A stretch of 44,068 nucleotides of DNA, taken from NCBI GenBank assembly GCA_035651935.1, contig DASREU010000189.1:1-44068 (forward strand), given 5' to 3'. Below the pieces are notes generated by a model that worked only from the letters and a program-made list of their open reading frames with translations, ran no database searches and was not told the DNA's origin. Every line of letters begins with the position of its first letter. Positions within the stretch are counted from its first letter, which is position 1. Below are positions 29,663-37,002 of this stretch, one piece after another. This DNA is from Myxococcales bacterium (GTDB taxonomy: Bacteria > Myxococcota > Myxococcia > Myxococcales > 40CM-4-68-19). The position numbers were made by a program, and so were the translations under genes.

Positions 29663-31348
29663 TCAACGCAGCGCCAGCAAGTACCCGAACGAGACGCCGA
29701 TCCCGCCGAGGTTTCCGGAGACGTCGCCGCGCCCGGGCGCGTGCGCGAGCTGCAGCTCGGCGACGACGCGCCCGGTTCCCGCCCGCATCGAGGCGCCGAC
29801 CGCCGCGATCCCCAGCACCGCCCACTGTGCCGTCCCCTGGCGCAAGCCCGCCGCGGGGCCGCTGTCCAGGGTGACGGCGCCGAAGCTGCGCAGGGCCCCT
29901 GCGAGCAGCGATCCGTGCAGCGTGATCCGGCCGCGCAGCGGGAGCGACGCGCGGACTCCCACGGCGAGCGAGAGCCCGTTCAGCTCGCCGCGCTGCGAGA
30001 TCCCGCCGATCGCGGAGTGCGCCGGCGCGTACTGAAGCCATCCGGCGCGCCCGAGCAGCTCGATGCCGCGAAGCCCCGGGTTCGCCGAGAATTCCGCCTG
30101 TGCGGAGAGCGCATTCGCCCTGGCGAGGTTCGACTGGCCGCCGAGGAGGATCCCGGCTGCGAAGGAGCGCGGGACCCGCAGGACAGCCGTCTGCGCCGGA
30201 GCGAGCCGCACCGGGATGGCGAGCGCTCCGGTCGCCGGCCCGGAGACGGCCTGGACGCGGACCTCCTTGCTCGCCTCGGGCGTCTCTCCCACCCGCAAGA
30301 CCGCGGACGTGCCGTGCACCTCGAGATCGCCCGCATCGCAGGCGAGCCGCAGGTCGTCGGCGGGCACCGCGTTTCCGCGGCCGTCGACCACCTCCGCGCT
30401 CAACCGGATCTCTCCGGGTCCGGTCAACTCCGCAGGCTGGGCCCGGAGGCGGACCTGCGCCGGGGGTCCGGCGAGCAGGGCGATGGTGGCCTTGTCTCCC
30501 GAGGCCTCGCGCGAGACGGTTGCGCGGATCACCGCCGAGCCGCCTGCGGAGTCCGGGGCGCGGAAGTCGACCCGGAACACTCCCGGCGCGCGCTGTTGCG
30601 GGACTCCGAGCGTTCCCCGGTCCGCGGAGAGCACCAGGTCCGACGCCGCCGCCGGCCGTCCGTCGGCGGTGACGGCGAAGATCTCCAGCTGCACCGGCTC
30701 GGCATCGGCCCAGCTCGCCCGCTCCTTCCCCACGAGCAGGCGCACTTGCGTGAAGGCCGGCGGCCGCAGATCCACCGAGGTCTCGTTGACGTTGCCGAAC
30801 GGATCGCGGACGCGCACCTGCGCCGTCCGGTGACCCGGCGGGACCAGCACCGCGATGCGGCTCTTGCCTGTACGGTCGGCGCGCACCGGACCGAAGCTCG
30901 CGCCTGCGAGAGAAAGTTCCACGCGCGAGCGCGGCTTGGTGGTGACCTGCAGGGTCTCACTGGCGATCAGCGGCAACGCCAGCCAGGCCCGCTCCTGCGC
31001 GCCGCCGCTGCGCACCGTGGCCGAGAGCAGCGCCACCTGCGGATAGCGCTCCGCCGGCGCGCGCCAGGTGGCGCGGAACAGCTCGCGCGATTCGCGCCGG
31101 AGATGGGTCACGGTCCCGATGCTGCTCCAGACCTCGACGGTGGCGTCGGCGGAAGCGCCGGGCACCGGGATCTGCAGCTCGACCCGATCGCGCTCGCGCA
31201 GCACCACGCGCGCGGGATCCCCACGGAGCACGATGGAGAGCGCGAGAAGGGTGAGCGGACCCATGCCTGAGAAGAGTAGACGACGGCTCCCGTGTGGGAG
31301 CGAGATCGCCGCCGGCGGCCGGGTGAGGCGGGGTCGGTCCGCACGCAC
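29663..31348 (-). CDS. Envelope protein with N-terminal Ig-like repeat region and a C-terminal beta-barrel-like domain
   Basis: 561 aa from the GTG at 31348; an alternative ATG lies at 31264 (MGPLTLLALSIVL). The first 370 aa or so contain repeated beta-rich modules. The last 190 aa or so show alternating hydrophobic, Gly-rich strands and end in GVSFGYLLALR. The domain calls are by eye only. Confidence 0.65.
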   Translation of the reverse strand: MRADRPRLTRPPAAISLPHGSRRLLFSGMGPLTLLALSIVLRGDPARVVLRERDRVELQIPVPGASADATVEVWSSIGTVTHLRRESRELFRATWRAPAERYPQVALLSATVRSGGAQERAWLALPLIASETLQVTTKPRSRVELSLAGASFGPVRADRTGKSRIAVLVPPGHRTAQVRVRDPFGNVNETSVDLRPPAFTQVRLLVGKERASWADAEPVQLEIFAVTADGRPAAASDLVLSADRGTLGVPQQRAPGVFRVDFRAPDSAGGSAVIRATVSREASGDKATIALLAGPPAQVRLRAQPAELTGPGEIRLSAEVVDGRGNAVPADDLRLACDAGDLEVHGTSAVLRVGETPEASKEVRVQAVSGPATGALAIPVRLAPAQTAVLRVPRSFAAGILLGGQSNLARANALSAQAEFSANPGLRGIELLGRAGWLQYAPAHSAIGGISQRGELNGLSLAVGVRASLPLRGRITLHGSLLAGALRSFGAVTLDSGPAAGLRQGTAQWAVLGIAAVGASMRAGTGRVVAELQLAHAPGRGDVSGNLGGIGVSFGYLLALR

Positions 31349-31423
31349 ATGTAATCTTTTGTGGTGGCCGGATCGAGTGCCGCACCTTGTCTTGCTACCC
31401 GCTTGCCGCTCTAGCGTGGTCCC

Positions 31424-34400
31424 GTGCGCGCTCTCCTGGCCACGCTGCTGTTCTCGCTCGCCGCCCCTGCGGCCCCGTTCACCTGGACGGGCGCCGCCGG
31501 CAGCGGCCGCTGGGCGGACGCGGGCAACTGGGCCGGCGGGGCCGTCCCGCCGGACGACGGCACCGCCGACGTCGCGTTCGCCGCGTCAGGAACGGTCGCG
31601 CTCGACGGCACGCGCGTCGTCTCCACACTCTCGGTCTCGACGGCCGGGGACGTGACGCTGCAGGCGGGCTCGCAGCCGCAGAGCTCGCTGGTGGTGCGCG
31701 GAGCCGGTTTGTCCCGCTCCGCCGCAGGAAAGCTGGTCGTCCAGGTCCCCGTGTTCGCGGCGGGCTCGATCGCGCTCTCCGGATTCGAGCCGCAGACCGC
31801 GTTCTCCACCGCGACCACCTTCGGCCTGACGCTCGGTGCGTGGCCTGGCGCGGCTTCCGTGACCCAGGCGGTGCTCAGCGCCGAAAGCGATGCAGTCCCG
31901 CCCTCGTCCCGGCTCGATCTGGGGGCCGGCTCGGCGCTGGACGTGAACGGCCGGACCCTGGGACTCGGATCGCTCTCGGGATCGGGAAGCGTGATCAACT
32001 CCAGCAGCGGCAAGGGCACGCTGGTGGTCGGCTTCGACGGAAGCGATTCCCTGTACTCGGGCGACCTCGGGACGGCGCTCAGCGGTCAGCCCGACAATGG
32101 CTACATCGACCTCCTCAAGGTGGGAGGTGGCACGCTGACCACCAGCGGTTCGCTCCGGCTCGGCGGCCTCTTCGGGCGCATCCGGGTGCTCGAAGGGACG
32201 CTGGTCGTCGCCGGGTCGACCTCGGGGTTCTTCCCGATCCTCGCCGTGGAGTCGTCGAGCGGCTGGCATGGCACGATCGCCGGCACCGGCAGCGTCGGAT
32301 TGCTGCAGACGTCCGACAACTCGGTCCCCGGCGCGACCGTGAGCCCGGGGTCATCCGCCGCCCGCGGCATCCTCCACGCACAGAACTGCGACTTGCGGCG
32401 CGGCACCCTCGCGATCCGTGTCGCCGCTTACGGCACGGCGGGCACCGATTACGACCAGCTCGACTGCGGCAACGGCAATCTCCAGTTCGACGCGGACACC
32501 GAGGTCATCGTCGATCTCGGCGGCTCCAGCGTCGCCGGCGGCCCCATCCCCATCGCCACGTACGGAAACGCGAACGGTCCGAACGCGCCGGATCCTTCGC
32601 AGGTCCTCCTGATCAACAACCCCGCCGGGCTCGTCGCCACGCTCAATCCCGGGCCGCAGTCGTTGACCTTGACGGTGAAGGCGCCGACCGCGTCCTCGAC
32701 TCCCCTGTTCAGGATCTCTCCCGCTCACGGGCTCGTCACCTCCGAGCAAGGACGCACCGCCTCGTTCACCGTGTCGCTCGGGCAGGCGCCGAGCAAGAAC
32801 GTGACGATGCCCGTGGCGAGCGACAACACGGCGGAAGGCACGGTGTCCACGTCATCGCTCACGTTCACCCCGGCGAACTGGAGCACTCCGCAGACCGTCA
32901 CGGTCACCGGAGTGGACGATGCGGTGCCGGACGGGAACGTCGCATACGGGATCGTCCTCGGGCCGTGCACCTCGATGGACGCGACCTACAGGAACCAGAG
33001 CCCGCCGCGGATCACGGCCGTGAACCTGGACGACGATGCCGTCTCCGTCACGCCTCTCACCGGGCTGGTCGCGCAGCCAGCGGGCCTGGCGCAGCTCACC
33101 TTCACCTTCCATGCTCCCGTCAGCGGAACGCAGGATCTGTGGCTGCAGCTGCGATCGTCCGACCCCGCCCTCGCGTGGCCCAGCCCGGCGATGGTGCACG
33201 TCACCGCGACCAACGGCGTCCCTGCGCCGCAGACGGTCACGCTCTCGGGAGCGCACAGCTTGCAGCCGGGGTGCACGCCGTTCACCCTGACGGGGTCGGT
33301 GCTCTCGACGGACGGCCAGTACGACGGCTACGAGCTGCCCCTCGTCAGCGCCTGCAACCAGGGCGATCGCGCGCCCATCGCTTCCGGTTTCGCCCTTGTG
33401 GTCGATCCCGGCAGCGCGGTCCACCTCGCGGCGCCGGGCGTGCTCGCGTACGCGTTCGACCCGGACGGCGATCCGCTGACCGCGCAACTCGTGACCGGGC
33501 CGGCACACGGCTCCCTGACGCTCAATCCCGACGGAACGCTCACGTACGTCCCCGATGCCGGCTACAGCGGCCAGGACTCGTTCACCTACGCCGCGAGCGA
33601 CGGCGTGTTCACTGCGCCGGGCGCCGACGTCCAGATCCAGGTCGGAGCGCCGCCGGACCTCGCGGGGCTCGCGCTCACGCTCGACGGAGGGGACATGCCG
33701 GGAGCGGACCTCGCGCTGCACGCGCTGGTGACCAACCTCGGCGCCGCGGCGCTCTCGGGCGTCCGGCTCGAGCTGTCGTCGGTCGGCATCGAGCTCCTCG
33801 GAGCGAACGGCCCGGCCGGCGCGCTGGTGACGAGCGGGAGCGACGTGTGGCTCGACGACCTTCCGGCCGGTGAGAGCGTGCAGATCGACCTGCCCGCGCG
33901 GATCACCGCCGGCTCGGGAGGCCGCGCAGGCGCGGCGGCCACGCTCTGGAGCGCATCCGCGGAGCGGCTCGCCGCCCCGAAGCAGGCGTACATCGAGGTC
34001 TCGCGGCTTCGCTTCGACGCCGGCGGCTGCGGCTGCCGGACCGCAAACCCGGGCGGCGCGCTGCTCTGGCTCGGCGCGCTGGTGCTGCTCTTGCCCCGAC
34101 GCCGCTCAGCGCCGCCAGGGCGTGTCCACCTGGACGCGCGGCGGCGACTGATCGCGCGTCACCTCGGACCGCTCCCCCGCTCGTCGTCCGAAGGGATCGA
34201 TGGTGACGACCGCGATCCGCTGCCGTCCTTCGTCCAGCCGGACGTCGACGTGGAACTCGCCGGAAGGCGCCACCTCGACGGGCTCTCCCTGCACGTAGAC
34301 CCGGCTGCCGGCAGCGACGCGGCCGCCGACCGGGACCGAGCTGCGGTTGGTCTTGTCGCCGGGCCACTGGACCGAGAGCAGCACCTTCTTGAGGGCGCGG

Positions 34401-35047
34401 GCGGGCTGGCCCATCGAGCCGGCCTGCAGGTTCACCATCTCGTCCTCGTGCAGCTCGACCGTCTTTCCCGACGCTGCCAGGGCGACCGCCCCGCGGGTCG
34501 CCGCCACCACCACGCTCTTGCCCTCGGCGGTGAGGAAGAAGTGTCCGCCGGAGCTCTCGGCGATCGCTTCCCCGCCCTGGACCTGCAGCGAAACGCGGCC
34601 GCGCCCCTGCTCGACGTCCGACTCGACCCGTCCGCGCACGCGCGCGCGCAGCATCCCGGAAGAGACGGCGGTCAGGCGAAGCTCGGTGCGGTCGTGCAGC
34701 TTGACCCGGACGCCGTCGACCGAGAGCTCCGCCTCGCCGTCGCCGGGCGTGCGCAGCCCGTCGCTGATGCCGACGCGGTCTCCCAGAGCCGCGGGACCCC
34801 AGGCGCCGTCCTGCCGCTGCAGCTCGACCTTCCCTTTGCTGCTCAGGAGCAGCGCCGCTTCCGCAGCGCCTGCGTCGGCGGCTTCGGCGCGCGGGACTGG
34901 TGTAGGCGCAGGCGGCTCCCGTCCACACCTGCAGGCTTGCACACCCACAAGCAGGATGGCGGAGACTGCGGCGGCACGGGCGCGCATGCGTCTTCATATA
35001 CGGGCGCGCGGGGGTCGATCGCAATGATGGCGGGGAAGCCGGCGTGA
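31424..35047 (+). CDS. Large secreted surface protein with a MYXO-CTERM tag. It carries autotransporter-type beta-strand repeats, a Calx-beta-like module, a cadherin/VCBS-like Ig module and a DUF11/CARDB-like module. The ORF is open to 35047, but the functional end is expected near 34105.
   Basis: GTG start with a signal peptide (MRALLATLLFSLAAPAAP). Recognisable segments:
- FTWTGAAGSGRWADAGNWAGG
- LLKVGGGTLTTSGSL
- LTFTPANWSTPQTVTVTGVDDAVPDGN
- FDPDGDPLTAQLVTGPAHGSLTLNPDGTLTYVPDAGYSGQDSFTYAASDG
- then GGCGC...LLWLGALVLLLPRRR
There is no in-frame stop until 35045-35047. The last 313 codons are a shadow of the minus-strand gene. Confidence 0.75.
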   Translation: MRALLATLLFSLAAPAAPFTWTGAAGSGRWADAGNWAGGAVPPDDGTADVAFAASGTVALDGTRVVSTLSVSTAGDVTLQAGSQPQSSLVVRGAGLSRSAAGKLVVQVPVFAAGSIALSGFEPQTAFSTATTFGLTLGAWPGAASVTQAVLSAESDAVPPSSRLDLGAGSALDVNGRTLGLGSLSGSGSVINSSSGKGTLVVGFDGSDSLYSGDLGTALSGQPDNGYIDLLKVGGGTLTTSGSLRLGGLFGRIRVLEGTLVVAGSTSGFFPILAVESSSGWHGTIAGTGSVGLLQTSDNSVPGATVSPGSSAARGILHAQNCDLRRGTLAIRVAAYGTAGTDYDQLDCGNGNLQFDADTEVIVDLGGSSVAGGPIPIATYGNANGPNAPDPSQVLLINNPAGLVATLNPGPQSLTLTVKAPTASSTPLFRISPAHGLVTSEQGRTASFTVSLGQAPSKNVTMPVASDNTAEGTVSTSSLTFTPANWSTPQTVTVTGVDDAVPDGNVAYGIVLGPCTSMDATYRNQSPPRITAVNLDDDAVSVTPLTGLVAQPAGLAQLTFTFHAPVSGTQDLWLQLRSSDPALAWPSPAMVHVTATNGVPAPQTVTLSGAHSLQPGCTPFTLTGSVLSTDGQYDGYELPLVSACNQGDRAPIASGFALVVDPGSAVHLAAPGVLAYAFDPDGDPLTAQLVTGPAHGSLTLNPDGTLTYVPDAGYSGQDSFTYAASDGVFTAPGADVQIQVGAPPDLAGLALTLDGGDMPGADLALHALVTNLGAAALSGVRLELSSVGIELLGANGPAGALVTSGSDVWLDDLPAGESVQIDLPARITAGSGGRAGAAATLWSASAERLAAPKQAYIEVSRLRFDAGGCGCRTANPGGALLWLGALVLLLPRRRSAPPGRVHLDARRRLIARHLGPLPRSSSEGIDGDDRDPLPSFVQPDVDVELAGRRHLDGLSLHVDPAAGSDAAADRDRAAVGLVAGPLDREQHLLEGAGGLAHRAGLQVHHLVLVQLDRLSRRCQGDRPAGRRHHHALALGGEEEVSAGALGDRFPALDLQRNAAAPLLDVRLDPSAHARAQHPGRDGGQAKLGAVVQLDPDAVDRELRLAVAGRAQPVADADAVSQSRGTPGAVLPLQLDLPFAAQEQRRFRSACVGGFGARDWCRRRRLPSTPAGLHTHKQDGGDCGGTGAHASSYTGARGSIAMMAGKPA
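34022..34105 (+). other. MYXO-CTERM-type sorting signal (GGCGC motif, TM helix, RRR)
   Basis: The translation is GGCGCRTANPGGALLWLGALVLLLPRRR. This matches the tripartite layout of the myxobacterial C-terminal sorting domain (TIGR03901 type). Confidence 0.75.
34106..34987 (-). CDS. FecR domain-containing lipoprotein (FecR2), a paralog of the 26163..27092 product
   Basis: 293 aa. It has a signal peptide and lipobox-like Cys (AVSAILLVGVQAC). GC3 is high, with preferred codons. It is collinear with and similar to FecR1, including the tail GEFHVDVRLDEGRQRIAVVTIDPFGRR. It is fully covered by the antisense tail of the 31424 ORF. Confidence 0.7.
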   Translation of the reverse strand: MRARAAAVSAILLVGVQACRCGREPPAPTPVPRAEAADAGAAEAALLLSSKGKVELQRQDGAWGPAALGDRVGISDGLRTPGDGEAELSVDGVRVKLHDRTELRLTAVSSGMLRARVRGRVESDVEQGRGRVSLQVQGGEAIAESSGGHFFLTAEGKSVVVAATRGAVALAASGKTVELHEDEMVNLQAGSMGQPARALKKVLLSVQWPGDKTNRSSVPVGGRVAAGSRVYVQGEPVEVAPSGEFHVDVRLDEGRQRIAVVTIDPFGRRAGERSEVTRDQSPPRVQVDTPWRR

Positions 35048-36996
35048 AGCTCGCGCCGAAGATGTCGGTATTGCTCGCGTGCGCCGTGACCGTGCCCATC
35101 GCGCTGGTCCTCGCCGTGCTCCTTCCGCGCCAGAGCGCCGCGCTGGAATCGCAGCTCCGGGCGCTCTTCGCACAGGACGCGCGCTCGCTGGCGCTGGAAT
35201 GCCAGAAGACGCTGCTGGACGATCTGGACGCGCTGTCGCTCGCCGCGCGGACGTTGCGCCTGGGCGAGCTGGACCACGAGACCCAGGAGCAGGCGCTCCT
35301 GCTGCTCTACCGGGAGACGCGCGGCGCCGACGTGATCGGCCTCTTCGACGAGAAGGGGAAGCCGGTGACGCCCGCGGTCCGCTTCGAGCGGCTGGACGCG
35401 GAATCGGCCGGCGAGCACGAGGCGGTGGGCGAGCTGGGCATGGCGGCGTACTCGCATCACGTCCCGCTGGACGCCGCGCTGGAGACCGGGCTCGCCATCG
35501 GCCCCGTCTACGCGCTGCCGGATGCGAGCGGCGCGGTGCTCCCGCGGGTGGTGCTGGCGGCGCGCGTCCCCGACCGCAAGTGGGTCCTCGCGATGGAGCT
35601 CTCGCTGCGCCCCCTGTTGCGGTCGATCGTCGAGTTCAAGGCCGGTGAGACCGGCGAGGCCTTCCTGGTCGATGCCCGCAACCGCGTCGTCGCGCACCGC
35701 AAGACGCTGTTGATCCGGGACCGCACCGATCTCTCGGCGCACCCGCTGGTCGCAGGAACCGACCCCGGCGATCTCCTCGGAGCGGCGGCGGTGGCCCCGC
35801 TGCTCGGGTGGAAAGTGGTGGTGCAGGAACCCGCGGCGGAGGCGCTCGGTCCGCTCCGTGGCGCCTTGCGGACCGCGGCGTTCTGGGTGCTGCTCGCGCT
35901 CGTGGCGGCGGTGGCGACGGGGCTTTTGGCGGTGCGCGTGGTGACCCGGCCGGTGCACCGGCTGCACGAAGCCGCGCGCCTCGTCGCGGAGGGCAACTTG
36001 ACCGTGTTGGTGCCTGCGCGCGGATCCGACGAGCTCGCCGAGCTGTCGCGCACCTTCAACGCGATGACGGCCGGGTTGCGCGAGCGAAACGAGATGAAGC
36101 TCGTGCTTGCGCTCAGCCAGAGCCTGGATCTGCAGGAGGTCCTGCACCGGCTGCTCGATTCGCTCGCCCACGTGGTGCCGTTCGACCGCGCCGCGGTGCT
36201 GGTCTCGCGCAGCGACCGCCTGGAGACGGCGCTCTCCCGCGGGTATCTCGAAGAAGACCTTGCCCGGGTGCGCCCGGTTCCCATCGCCGATGCCGACGCC
36301 GCGATCGCCGGCCGCAAGCCGCTGCTCGTCCAGTCGGGGCGGATGCTCCTCTTGCCCCTGCTCTCGCGCGAGGAGCAGGGAGCAGGCGTGGTCTGCCTCA
36401 CCCGCAACGCGCCGTACGACGAGCGCGCGGCGCGGATCGCGTTCGACTTCGTCCAGCCCGCGGTGGTGGCGGTCGACAACGCGCGACTCTTCTCGGAAGT
36501 GAAGCGGCTCGCGACCACCGACGGCCTCACCGGGATCTCCAACCGGCGGCATTTCCTGCTGCTCGGGGAGACGCTGTTCGAGACCGCGCGGCGCTACGGG
36601 CAGCCGCTCAGCGCGCTGATGCTCGACGTCGACCGCTTCAAGCAGGTGAACGACCAGCACGGCCATGCGGTCGGAGACGAGGTGCTCCGCGCCGTCTCCA
36701 ACCGCACCGGGCAGTGCCTGCGCGCCGCCGATCTGCTCGGCCGCTACGGCGGCGAGGAGTTCGCGCTGCTGCTCCCCATGACCCAGCAGCTCGCGGCGCA
36801 CAGCATGCTCGCCGAGCGGATCCGCAGGGCGGTTGCGAACGAGCCGATCTCCACCGCGGCCGGCAAGCTCTCCATCACCGTCAGCATCGGCGTCGCCTCG
36901 CTGACGCCGCGGGTTCCGGATCTGGAGCACCTCCTGATGGAAGCCGATGCCCGGATGTACGAGGCCAAGGCGGCGGGCCGCGATCGGGTGGCCTGA
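35044..36996 (+). CDS. Membrane diguanylate cyclase (Cache-like periplasmic sensor, HAMP, GAF, GGDEF)
   Basis: 650 aa, GTG start; an alternative ATG lies at 35062. It has two TM segments around a roughly 250-aa sensor region, then HAMP (PVHRLHEAARLVAEGNL) and a GAF-like region. The GGDEF domain has an intact active site (RYGGEEFALLL) and an RxxD I-site (RAAD) five residues upstream. Confidence 0.88.
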   Translation: MKLAPKMSVLLACAVTVPIALVLAVLLPRQSAALESQLRALFAQDARSLALECQKTLLDDLDALSLAARTLRLGELDHETQEQALLLLYRETRGADVIGLFDEKGKPVTPAVRFERLDAESAGEHEAVGELGMAAYSHHVPLDAALETGLAIGPVYALPDASGAVLPRVVLAARVPDRKWVLAMELSLRPLLRSIVEFKAGETGEAFLVDARNRVVAHRKTLLIRDRTDLSAHPLVAGTDPGDLLGAAAVAPLLGWKVVVQEPAAEALGPLRGALRTAAFWVLLALVAAVATGLLAVRVVTRPVHRLHEAARLVAEGNLTVLVPARGSDELAELSRTFNAMTAGLRERNEMKLVLALSQSLDLQEVLHRLLDSLAHVVPFDRAAVLVSRSDRLETALSRGYLEEDLARVRPVPIADADAAIAGRKPLLVQSGRMLLLPLLSREEQGAGVVCLTRNAPYDERAARIAFDFVQPAVVAVDNARLFSEVKRLATTDGLTGISNRRHFLLLGETLFETARRYGQPLSALMLDVDRFKQVNDQHGHAVGDEVLRAVSNRTGQCLRAADLLGRYGGEEFALLLPMTQQLAAHSMLAERIRRAVANEPISTAAGKLSITVSIGVASLTPRVPDLEHLLMEADARMYEAKAAGRDRVA

Positions 36997-37002
36997 GCAA
37001 AG

